This document shows, piece after piece, positions 14,001 through 24,925 of a stretch of 64,000 nucleotides of DNA. The position numbers were made by a program, and so were the translations under genes. The stretch spans positions 1,433,403 through 1,497,402 of the forward strand of contig CM082576.2 of the NCBI GenBank assembly GCA_040954595.2. Reading direction: 5' to 3'. The notes beneath the pieces were generated by a model that saw nothing but the letters and a program-made list of their open reading frames with translations, did not search any database and was not told where the DNA came from. Source of the stretch: Balanoglossus misakiensis (Eukaryota; Animalia; Hemichordata). Within the stretch, counting starts at the first letter, position 1; the number at the start of each line of letters is the position of its first letter.

Positions 14001-14191
14001 CTCCACAGAGGCCTGTGGTCCTCCCGGCCCCCCACGATAGTCACCCCAAAAACGAGCGTTGCAGTCCAGTACCTGCCATGCAAGTTTACATCTGTGAAGT
14101 ACTGGGAGGAAATAAACTTCTCAGCTCGCTCAAGAGTGGTCCGCTTGTTCTTTGCAACGACGACACAGCTGTTTCCCCGACTGCTTTCCAT
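5070..14191 (-). CDS. MAN2C1: Cytosolic alpha-mannosidase 2C1 (GH38), 25 coding exons
   Basis: Exons: 14073-14191, 13002-13127, 12742-12838, 12515-12612, 12185-12359, 11860-12049, 11508-11614, 10956-11159, 10703-10819, 10463-10558, 10165-10256, 9791-9844, 9566-9689, 9064-9240, 8715-8813, 8340-8499, 7988-8159, 7732-7836, 7424-7580, 7039-7182, 6751-6860, 6433-6512, 6011-6159, 5678-5781, 5070-5181; all GT-AG. Motifs [96 protein letters not shown]. Confidence 0.96.
5335..5657. repeat. Putative non-autonomous foldback/MITE in the last MAN2C1 intron
   Basis: Internal inverted repeat 5469-5501 / 5523-5554 (aactcaaagcgaggctaataggggaaaa vs ttttccccattggcctcactttgagtt) and short inverted ends gacttatc / gataaagtc. 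Outer boundaries approximate. Confidence 0.45.
8859..8935. repeat. 20-bp direct repeat (tgcattgtgggttggtgaat x2) in a MAN2C1 intron
   Basis: Identical copies at 8859-8878 and 8916-8935. Confidence 0.7.
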
Positions 14192-14822
14192 CCCGATCCG
14201 CCCACCCTCGTGGCACTATGCATAAACAAATCCTCCTGGATCATCGTGACCTCGCCTGACCTTCGCCTGACCCTGCCTAGCTATGGAGCCACCAATCGAC
14301 AGGATTAAGAAAGGGTTACAAAACCACCTAGCTTTCTATTAAAAGTTCACATCACCCTGTTTACAAACATTTACTGGATCTAATTATGCAAATCGATTTA
14401 CTTAACAACATTAAATTCATTTTAACATTTAAACAATAAATGTAACCGAACAAATTTGTTCAACCATCCAGCTGTCACGAAGACCTAATTCTTTTAACAA
14501 ACAATATTGTTGTAAGTTAGGGTGTTTTTTCCGCCATATTGCGTTCGAGATATTTTGTCGATATTTTTGGATTGTGGTGACCTTAATTGATCTCTGTCAT
14601 CTTGGACTGCTCAGAACTTGTCTTTAACCCATATTGCAAATATGTGTACGTAAAGAAGTCACCCGTTGTAAGGAATTTTATCTTGATTGCTTTGGCAGAG
14701 GCACTGGACAAGACAGTTGAAGATCGGACGAAACTGTCGCCTTACGTACAACAACCACTGTATACGAAGTACGATCACCATCTTACAATAATAATACCTG
14801 TCGCCAATAAAAACACACAATA
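14192..14822. promoter_or_regulatory. Bidirectional promoter region MAN2C1 / PRKAB, including a probable non-coding first exon of PRKAB
   Basis: Divergent genes. YY1-like CCGCCATATT at 14531; three TGACC(T/C) repeats at about 14248-14275; donor gtaagt at 14823 and acceptor ccacag ending 15058, just upstream of the PRKAB ATG. Confidence 0.55.
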
Positions 14823-15071
14823 GTAAGTTTCAGGTTGGTCTTCGTTTTTCTTTTTATCTTCAGAAGTTAATATTGAGTCAAACCCATTACTGTGATATGT
14901 GTGGTCAAGTTTTGAGTGCAATTGATGTCAGTCGTCACGAGTCGATGACATTGAGATTGACAGCCTATCAGTAAACATTGGGGGGGGGGGGTCCCAGGCA
15001 CAAATCTTTCAAAACAAGTGATATCTTTTTTTCATTCTTTTATTTTTTTTGTCCACAGAGCGGCAGTAACA

Positions 15072-18000
15072 ATGGGCAACACTTCAGGGAAGGGAAAAGA
15101 TGGCCCTCCAATGTCACCCAAGGAGTCGCCAAACACTTTTGACTTTAAACCTGGTCATACTCATTTGATACAGCAAAGCAGTTATGAAGATTTCGATTTT
15201 TCTTCAAGGGTAAGTAGAAAATGTTTTTGAAAAGGGTGTTTATTTCAGTGGGAGCTTTTTCATGCATCTGACATAATGTATCATTCATATTTACAACCCG
15301 TTTTCTGCTAAGGTTGCGATTTGACTTCCTGCCAAGTCAATAAAAGACATTACTTACCCTGGATGCCAATTTCTGATGTTTCAGTAATATTCCAGTTTCC
15401 ATTACTTGCATCATTATAGGATGGTCATCGACCTCGAGCCAGTACTATATCCCAGTCAACGCTGCCTGCCTTGCAGTCCAGTGCACTGCCTACTGTCTTT
15501 CACTGGGAAGGAAATGCCAAAACAGTCTACATTTCAGGAACATTTAATAATTGGGAGAAAAAGATACCCATGGTGAAAAGGTAAGCATTGGGTAAATGGT
15601 AATTAATTGTCTGGTGGGGAGGGGAGGCCAGGGTCTGTGAGGGAGAGACAGGGGAGATAGATACAGAAACTGGTCATAGGAGAGGAAAGAATATGTTTGT
15701 GTAAAAAAACAACTACATGATTGTTGAAGGAAGGGGGTTAAATAATCCGCAGGCATTTGTTCTGAGTTTAATCTTTTTTGTAACATACACATTTTCATGT
15801 CTTTATTTTGTCAACAGATGCTTCTACTAAGATAACCTGATACATTTTTCTGACTAAAGTTAAGAACTGCATACAAATTATATATGCTGCTTTTGTTTAC
15901 AGCCATGGTGATTTCACAGTTATACTTGATCTAGCAGAAGGCGAACACCAGTACAAATTCCATGTGGATGGGGGCTGGGTTCATGATCATACCATGGTAA
16001 GTCAATAGCATTAGTATAAGTAACTACTGTTTTGACATTTTTTTTCTGTCTGAAAACTGGTCAGCAGATGATAGGCTATTACAACTTGACCAAAAATGTG
16101 TCTTTCCCAGAGGTACATGAAACTTTTTTTAGGATTATGGCTACCTGGAAAAAATGTAATCTTTTCGAGACAACCCTTTGTTCTTAAATATACCGATACT
16201 CACTTTTACTGTTGTTTTGTGTGCAGCCGACTTGTGTCAATGAGTATGGTTCCTACAACAATGTTGTCAAAGTACACAAGTCCGATTTTGAAGTCTTTGA
16301 AGCGCTGGCCATTGATTCAGTCAACAGTGGTAATTCTCCGAAAGGTAAGATTTGGTTTGTAATCGTAAAAAACAAACAACAAGCAACAACAACAATCTTG
16401 ATGTTGAAATGGTTTTACATGTACTTCTGGTGGAGGTGATACTTGATGTTGACATGTACAACACCATGTGCAGGCTTGCTTCAGTGCTTGACTGGATTAA
16501 TAACACCACTGTGCAAATGTGCGTTCAATGGTCAATTTTGTCTGCATGCTGTGTTGTCATTGTCATTGTCAGTTGTCTATATCAGCAGCACTCAATGTAC
16601 ATGTACTTGCAAGAATTCACATTCAATGGATATATTCAGGCGTCGTACAGGGGAATGATCAGATCATTCTTTTCACCAACAAAGCTCACATGTTGTGAAT
16701 TTTTTTATTCTTTTTCAGTTACATCTTCAAGTTTGTTGACAGGTCATTACCATTTATCATTTTCAAATGTTTGAACATCTCATCTGAAATATTGGTGACT
16801 TCACGTTCATACCGAGTCTCATGGTTGTATATCTCTGAAGGCTACCATTTCATCCAATACGCATGAAGTGGCTGTCTTATTTTTTGTTTTTGTTTTTCTT
16901 TTGTGTTGTCATAAACAATATGTGCAGTCATATGTCTGTTGGAAAATTCTATATGTAGCACCTAATAAGATTTAGAATTCAAAGAATGTGTTTGCATTGG
17001 CTTTGCATTTTCATGTCTGCTGTGGGTTTTTTCCAAACACTAGATGCAGTGTATCTCCAGTTCTATCAAACCATGCTAACCCTCACATGCACAGTGTCTC
17101 ATTCTACATTAACATCATGCTGGTTTTCAGCCCAGGTAACTCAAAGCTTGCAGCTTCAGACACTTTGAGAACACAGTAAACACACACCCCCCCCCCCCCC
17201 CCCATCACAAGGTTTTGTAAAGGATAATCTCAGTAGGTGTGGGGATACTGTGCATCTCTGCTAAATTGAACAACTCTAACAGAACCAGTAACACTGTGAT
17301 TGTTAAAATATGCCACTCATTATTAATCACCAATTCAAGCAAATTGCAACCATGGGATTCTGAACAGCAAACTTACCATATTACACAAAACAAGAGTGCA
17401 ACTTTAAAATCAAACCAGAGCAAGGTGTGAACTGTGCAAGAAATGTCAGAGAAACCAGCACTATGCTAAGTAGAATGACCATCATCGTCATCCTCATTAC
17501 CGTCATACACCAGACCTATCCTAGACTTTCTTGATGTGCAAAGGAGTGTGTGTATCTTCTGCCTCAGTTTTGACAACTCCTTTGCATGCCTTTAGAATCC
17601 ATAGTGTTCTCTTGGGATTGCTCGATGGCAAACGTCATAGGAGTATTTTAGCTTTGTGTACTGTTAGTGTTGTGTTCAACAGCAGTGCAGCAGTTTACTC
17701 CACTTGGTGTTTGTGTTAGATGATATGCAGTGTGAAAAGTAGTCATGAGAGGGGAGAGAAGAAATAGTAGACAGGGAGGGGTGGAAGGGGAGGGCTGTCT
17801 GACGTCAAATGTCATGTGTCATACTTCAAGCATGGACAATCTCCTCTGTTAGTAAATGCAGTGTGTACATATTCTTTCTGCACCGTATACATGTGTATAA
17901 ATCAGAACATGAAACTAATTCACCTTCAAAGGGGGAAAATGCAAAGGAATTCAAACATACACCAAAACCTCATTGATCAAGCATTTCAAGGTCTACAGTG

Positions 18001-21000
18001 AATACGGTTGATATTATTGTGGTTAGGTGAATTAAGTTGTCTCCAAGAAATGTGTTTCGTGAATCCAAGTCTTTGATTAGTGAAATATTTTCATGTTCTG
18101 CTAAACCTACTCTGAAATGAAGATGGTATGTATAAACTGTTGTTGCATGTTGACTTTTCTCAGATGTGTCTGGGTCCCCTCCCGGTGACTACACTCAAGA
18201 TATGCCTTCAAGAAAACTACAGGAGAAAACCACAGGTCCCCCAATTCTACCTCCACATTTGCTTCAAGTTATTCTCAACAAAGATATTGCACTGCAGGTA
18301 TGTCACCATACTGGTAATAGAGCATTCCAGTGAAATATAAGTTCTACATGTCAGTATTTTGACATGTGATGTGATCTTGATTTTTGTGTCTATCATTTCT
18401 TTTGCAGTGTGAGCCTTCATTACTCCCAGAACCTAACCATGTCATGTTGAATCATCTGTATGCATTATCGATAAAGGTAAGTCTCTCTAGAAATGTTCAA
18501 TGCAATTAACACCTGGCACGCTGTGATATTTCTAATGAAGTACACTTAGTGTGTGTTGATAATAACTATATCTTCTCCCACAGCCATTAATGCAGAGGTG
18601 AATGTACCCTAACATTGGTGTCAGTTTGGATAACGAGATCAGTATACACCTTAGAGAATGAGTATACACATTGACTAGCCACGAGGGTAACAGCATACGT
18701 TTATGTCCCCGGGGAACTGTTAGTCGCCCCTAAAAGGACTATTTCAGGCAACTCATCATCTCACAGTCAGGATCAAGAGGACATAAACATTTGTTGTTAC
18801 ATGAATATGGCCAGTCAATATGTGTTTTAATAACACACCTCATCTGAAAGTAGCATAAATTGGGAAATTTCTCTGCAGGCAACATCGCCATCTTAGTTTA
18901 CATTTTCTGGAGTGCACATGCAGCCTTCCAACTCAGCCAGGCAACAGTCTTTGGAACTGTTGCCTGAGAAGGTTAACAGTTTTGAAAACAGTAACTCCTC
19001 TTTGTGTCTATCAGCGCCAAATTGGCAAATCACAACACAGATTATGGATGAGGTGTGTTATAATGTCAGATGTTGCCTCATAGTTTGAGCAACAATAATC
19101 TTCTTTTATTGCGCTTGCATATTTAGGGATGGCAAGTAACTTGGCTCAACTATACACAAACCAACATTTTGAAATTCAAAATGGTCGCCAAGTGACATTG
19201 CAAAAAAACAACACATTCATCTATCTCTGAGAAAAGCAGTTTCATGCATATACACATTCTTCTCAAGTACTGTGTTTTTCAATGTGAACGAGCAAGACAA
19301 AGTACACTTCTGATGTAAAAAAAACCTTTGATATTAAAGTTGCATAGGTATCTGTCTGCATAAGCTTATTGTTCTGTGCAGTAATATTAATCTGACAATT
19401 CCTGGCATAACAGTACGTGTGGCTCTTGCTGTACAATGAGTGTCGTTTGAGTATTTGTTTTCCAATGAAATGGTGTATGCTGTGTTTAAATGTGTGTTCA
19501 GTTCACCAGTGGCATGGGTACATACTGTCTAGTAGTACTGTAGTATTTTCTGAATGTTGCCTGATGTTTTGTGGGTCCTGTCTTCTTCCACTCTCTGTTG
19601 CATCGCACAACGCATGCCAGCCAGCTCTTTTACACTTTGCTGACTCTAAAGTTTAATGATGCCACTGCCAATCTCCTCCCCCCAGCTGTGTTCAGTGCTG
19701 TGAATTTGGAGTTAGCACTTTTAGGATGTTTTGGTCCGATGTTCTCTGATGTCCTGATGCCTTCGTTTCCCAAACACTCTCACCCCTCTTTACAGGACGG
19801 CGTTATGGCACTTAGTGCAACTCATCGTTTTAAGAAGAAATTTGTCACCACATTATTCTACAAGCCAATTTAAAGATAGGAAACCAATATGGTTTGTGGC
19901 ATTATAATCTCTGTTCATTCTATCATCTTTTTGTTGTTGCTGTTTTGTTTTTTGCAACTATTGAGTGATTTTGCTTGTTTCAGGATGGTGTCATGGCTCT
20001 GAGTATTACGCAACGCTATCGGAAGAAATTCGTCACCACCTTGCTGTATAGACCCATTTGAGGAAATCCACGGAAAGAACTTGATATTCATTCATGTATA
20101 CATTTTATTCTGAAGGACTGTGACAGACATATCAAAAATATGAAGCTCCTGGATAGATTTTTTTACATAATGAAGTTATTTTAATGTGAACACTTATTTT
20201 GAATTTTAGTCCGACTCGAAGCAAAGCATGCACTTATACATAAGCATTGGAAATGTTACTGGTGTGTATTATGTATGTGTGTTAGTATATCAGTGGTCTG
20301 GAGTGTTGATTTCCAAACAAACAACTTTCATCATGGGGTCAAAGTGATGTCTGCAAATTGCAAATCGTTGATAATACCAAGAATTGTGGAACCCATCTTA
20401 ACCTTGTCAAAAATGTTGTCTCTAAAATATCATTTACATTAAATGTTGTGTGGATGGTAATTCTATGTGTGATCTTGAAAATACCTATTGTGCTACAACT
20501 CCATTGCATGATGGAATTTTCCTAGAGTGTGACCTCTGACCTTGCATTAATAATTTTAAAAGTCAGTAGTTAGTTGGGGCCCAAATTATTGCATCGTTTA
20601 ATTGTTATGAGATCATAAAGTAATCATGTGCCATTTCTTTGTAAGGTTGTCATAGTGATGAAGTAAAAGAGAAAACTAGTTTCCATTGCAAGACACAAGA
20701 CTTTTTAAAATTTTCAGTTAGTGTAACATGTCCTCATCATTCAGAGTTGCCATCAGAGTATGGTACATTTTGCTGCAGCAGTAATCATTTGAGGACAGTG
20801 TTTGTCTGACCATGTAGTTTTAGTCGTGCCTCTGATGAATTTTAAATAGCGTCAAAACATCCAGAAATTCTTAGTTTATTTTAGATTGATCTTTCATGGA
20901 TGTTTTATAAATTTTAAAGTAAGACATTGCAAATTTAACTGTTGTGATGTCATCAGTATTAAGGCATGTACCCACCATGACTTGTTCTTGTACATGACAG

Positions 21001-22507
21001 TCTTTTTCTTATGATTTTATTATTAAAGTATATTATTTCTTAACAGCTTGCTTGTTTCTGTGTTAACATCATCATTTTTCATTTTCTGTTCTGCTTCAAT
21101 TACTCTTTGTGCTTAATATGTCTGTTCAGTCAGGTCTAGACTGCAGCTTTTCATTTTGTTTCATAATTTTATTTTCAAGTAGATTTTGTATTTTTTTATC
21201 CTTTGTCATGACCCTTTCTAGATTTTCACCACTTCACTAAAAAGAGAAAGGTTGGTTTGACTGGTTTTGTCATTTCTGTCCGTATGACACTTGACACCTC
21301 TTACACAGAGAAAGTCATGGGATCAAGATATTCTTTCTGTTCCCACAATTTCTGTTACTAGTAATAGTAGTATTTAATCTTTATCAAGCCTTTCAAAGAG
21401 TTTTGCCACTGTCTTAAATAAATTTAATGATATTTGGTTGCTGAAAATTATTTCCAGTCAAACCAAACCAACTCTTCAGGGAACTACAACGAAATCACTC
21501 TAAAACAGGATTTATTGTTTTGTTTTTATTTACGACACAAAGAATAAAGTTACCTACCATCTAAGTAATTTTTTTTCTCCATTTGCTGTGTTAGTGTTTG
21601 TTAATCTATTCTTACTTCTACTAATATACTTTTATATTGTCTCTGCATTTCTGAAGGTAAGATCTTGGATGTCACTGACTACCAAAGAGTAATGAAATGG
21701 TAGTTGTGTGTATTTATTGCAGGACCAAACCCCTGTATAATAGCCTTGTGTCATAAATAGATGTCATCGATAATTAATGACATCACAGAAACTGCATTTT
21801 TTTCCATTGCATGACAAATGAAGGTTTTGATTTACTTACAACATCAGAAAATCGTATTGGAAGTTCAAAATGCTAATCATGTGACAAGCAAATTTGAAAA
21901 GAAAGAGGCTGTCAGCTTTTTTGGAAAGAAAAAAAAGTTGCTAATTATATTAATTAGCATAGACAATACAGGGCAATCATTACACCTCCTTGTAAGTGTG
22001 TCCATTCAAATTATTTAAAACTTAAATGTGCCATATTTAGTATATCTGTATCTTTTTATTGCATCTTTTTCTTTCTCGCAATGCACTTTTTCAAGAACTT
22101 TTCTATTTAACCTGTCCAACATCCTACAAGCACTCAGTTTTATTACTTTCACATGACAGTAACTTCCAACTTTATTTTCATAATTTGCATCAGAATGTAA
22201 TCTGTGAACGTGTCTCGTCAGGTTTGTCGTTGGACAGTTTTTAAATCACTGAAGATTTTAATACTAACCCCAAATATTATTACCCCAGCATGCACTCTTG
22301 AATTTCTACAACAATCATTGAATCATTTCTCTTGCGTATACTTGTTGTGAGCACCATAAAGGAGAGTTTGCCATGCTGCCCATGTCTTGAAGGAGGAATC
22401 TCTTTATGATTTTTTTGCAGGATGGTGTAATGGTGCTCAGCTCAACACAGCGCTATCGCAAGAAGTTTGTCACCACGGTATTTTACCGACCCATTTCTGA
22501 GAACTGA
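15072..22507 (+). CDS. PRKAB1: 5'-AMP-activated protein kinase subunit beta (PRKAB1/2 co-ortholog) with three alternative terminal exons
   Basis: Exons 15072-15209, 15420-15580, 15903-15996, 16227-16344, 18164-18297, 18408-18476, then one of 19796-19873, 19984-20061 or 22421-22507. MGNTS myristoylation start; glycogen-binding CBM (PTVFHW..GTFNNW..KSHGDF..GEHQYKFHVDGGW); DFEVFEALAID; SGSPPG; PPILPPHLLQVILNKD; EPSLLPEPNHVMLNHLYALSIK. Confidence 0.96.
18830..19061. mobile_element. MITE-like element with 15-bp terminal inverted repeats, in a PRKAB intron
   Basis: ataacacacctcatc (18830-18844) and its exact reverse complement gatgaggtgtgttat (19047-19061). May be part of a larger repeat starting near 18640. 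Confidence 0.6.
19796..19873 (+). CDS. PRKAB1: AMPK beta alternative terminal exon A (DGVMALSATHRFKKKFVTTLFYKPI*)
   Basis: Pyrimidine-rich acceptor ..cctctttacag, phase 0 matching the donor after 18476; intact ORF to TAA. Confidence 0.88.
   Translation, partial: DGVMALSATHRFKKKFVTTLFYKPI
19984..20061 (+). CDS. PRKAB1: AMPK beta alternative terminal exon B (DGVMALSITQRYRKKFVTTLLYRPI*)
   Basis: Acceptor ..ttgcttgtttcag, phase 0, intact ORF to TGA; AATAAA at about 21417 and 21543. Confidence 0.88.
   Translation, partial: DGVMALSITQRYRKKFVTTLLYRPI
22421..22507 (+). CDS. PRKAB1: AMPK beta alternative terminal exon C (DGVMVLSSTQRYRKKFVTTVFYRPISEN*)
   Basis: Acceptor ..ttttttgcag, phase 0, intact ORF to TGA; AATAAA at about 24184. 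Confidence 0.88.
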   Translation, partial: DGVMVLSSTQRYRKKFVTTVFYRPISEN

Positions 22508-23551
22508 AACTTTACTCGCAAGACCTAGAGGAAAATGCATCCGCTCTAACACTTTTGCTACTGCAGTGCAGGTTTTTTTTGATGAATTTTCAAAAAACAT
22601 TGTGAATGTTTATTTATCAATGACAAAAACTCCTGCAGTAAAATGGAGAACTGTTGGAATAATTCATATACTTTGAATAGCATAGCCTAGAAGATGCAAT
22701 TTTTATTTACTCAAAAGAGGAAAATTTGCAATCAGCTGGTATATTTTAAACAGTACTGTGGACTTCTTTACTCAAGCAGAGTATTTTCTGTTGATGAGAT
22801 TAATACACATTTTTGGTTTGCAATGCAGTAATTTGTATCACATCTTTCTGTTCTAAACTGTATTGAGATAGAACGTAAGCATACATGATAAACAAGTCAT
22901 GAAAACCAAAATATTTCATTTTGCACACTTACCACATTAATGTCAAATGATATTTGTCAACTGGCTTTCAGTGTTTTCCTTGTATAAACTTGTTCAACAC
23001 GAAGCCTACACATGTAGATATTAAATGGGGAAAAGGGTCTTTCATAATTTTTGTCATATTGTATTTTGCCAAAAGGTACTTTCAAAACTATGTACGCTGT
23101 GATTGGTGAGGATATCTCATACATGAAACTGAGCATACAGGGAGATTTGTTATCAGCAATGTACTCATTTCATTTCATTGCTTTCTGCTAGACCATCATC
23201 AAATACTCAAAAGTTGGAAGACACTCCTGCAATCAGTCTATACATGATGGAGGCAACAACAAATCGGTTGCCACAGGTACATTTTACAATGCTATTACAG
23301 ATATTTTTATAAACCACCTTGTTGTAATTTTAATGATGGTTCTCCTAAAAGCAGAATTAGGTATTTCAAGAAAACAGTTGGTGAGTTTTGAAACCACACA
23401 ACTCATGATCAACTCAGGATTTAATCACTTATATTACGTGGTGCTAAATGGCTTTGTGATTGCTTTCGGCCTATCCAGTTTTAAAAGTTCAAAGGTTAGT
23501 GCAGAGGTAAAAGGCTACTGTTTATTAGCTCCCATGTTAGGAATAGCATTG

Positions 23552-23645
23552 TTAAACCCCTTCACCAACATGGTTCAGTCCAAACCCATTGTTTTTTATG
23601 GCAAAGGTGGACCTCTATAGGGGGAAATGGGGGTGATAGGGCTAA
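23552..23645. mobile_element. Second copy of the TTAA-bounded MITE-like repeat, in the presumed 3' UTR of PRKAB exon C
   Basis: ttaaaccccttcacc...ggggtgatagggctaa has inverted ends and internal similarity to 4937-5073. Confidence 0.6.
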
Positions 23646-24925
23646 TAGAGATGCTTAACTCCTGGCGTTCCCCATTGTTGGTTATATAACTTCAACAAAA
23701 AGTTTACAGATGTCAGAATGGGCCCAAGTGGTGTCCTTGAGCAGCAACCAATCTTTCAAACCACAGGTCTGGTTGGCTTACAACTTGTAAATGCTAGTTC
23801 ATAAAATGTTTGTGATGGTAAAATAACGTTTGTGTCATTTAGGTGTGAGAAAACCTTAATCTGTATATAGTAATTAGACTGCAAAAGCTGTACTACCAGT
23901 CTTGCATCTTTACTAAGAAACTTAGAGGTATATTAATACAATGTATATGAGCTTCATCTGTTGTACATGTACTAGTATTCTATCACCTGTAAGTCTCTGT
24001 CGAGTTCAAGACTTGTTTGCAATGAGGTAATACACAAGTCTTCTTCTGACTTACAGGATTGGGAATACAGCTTTGTTTTGGGTGTGTGATGTGGCCAGTA
24101 TTTTCCTCTATTCTTTTCCGTTCTGAAAGAGTCTGAATTTTTCAAAAATGGATTGTTCTGTATGCTCCTTCCCTTGCTGTATCAATAAAATTGATAAACA
24201 GTGAATTCTTCATATTGTGTGATCTCTATTGATAACCTTTTCAAAAGACCCCAGAGTTAAACCCCAGACAGCAATGTCACTGATGTTAATTCTGACGGGT
24301 CAAGAAATCAGACAATGGTGACTGTTGGTTGCCTTTATTGATATGGATAAATAGAAACTAGACAGGAATCAAGATTTCATCAAAGTAGTGAGTTAAGGTG
24401 GAGTTAACTTGATTTGACTTTTTTACATTTCAAACACAAGAACAAACTTGCAGTTCTCAAAGTACCCATATTGAATGTGGGGGGGACAAGAATTGTTTTT
24501 GGAATGATAATCTCTTTCCAGGTCGACTAGTGGAGATAAAAGAAAAGTTTCAGGACAAGAGCCAAGTTACCATGGTTACTGCAGTTACTATGGTTTGACT
24601 GCTTTTACAGAGAAAAAAAAGATGCCAGAAAACAACCCTGTTTGTTGACACAAAAGATTTGCTGGTTTTCCTTGACAACCACCTGTCATGATACACTCCA
24701 TCTTCTGTCAGTCATGGGATGACAATTGTGCGTATAGAAATCAAGGTTTTTTTTCAAATTTGAAAGTGAGCCTAGGCAGCACATCACACAAGCATAATTT
24801 TCCTTTAAAATCACTTCGTAATTTCACTTCCATTTGATCCAGTGGTATAAAATCTACCAAAAAAATTCTCACACAAAAACTAAGCAATACACCCTGATTT
24901 AATATGAAAATGCATAGCAGGTGGT

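Noticed and set aside
17131-17175. Possible PRKAB cassette exon (tttcag CCCAG gtaact, or extended to gtaaac at 17176)
   Set aside because: The 5-nt and 40-nt versions shift the frame, and the 45-nt version contains an in-frame TGA. A poison-exon role is possible but unsupported.
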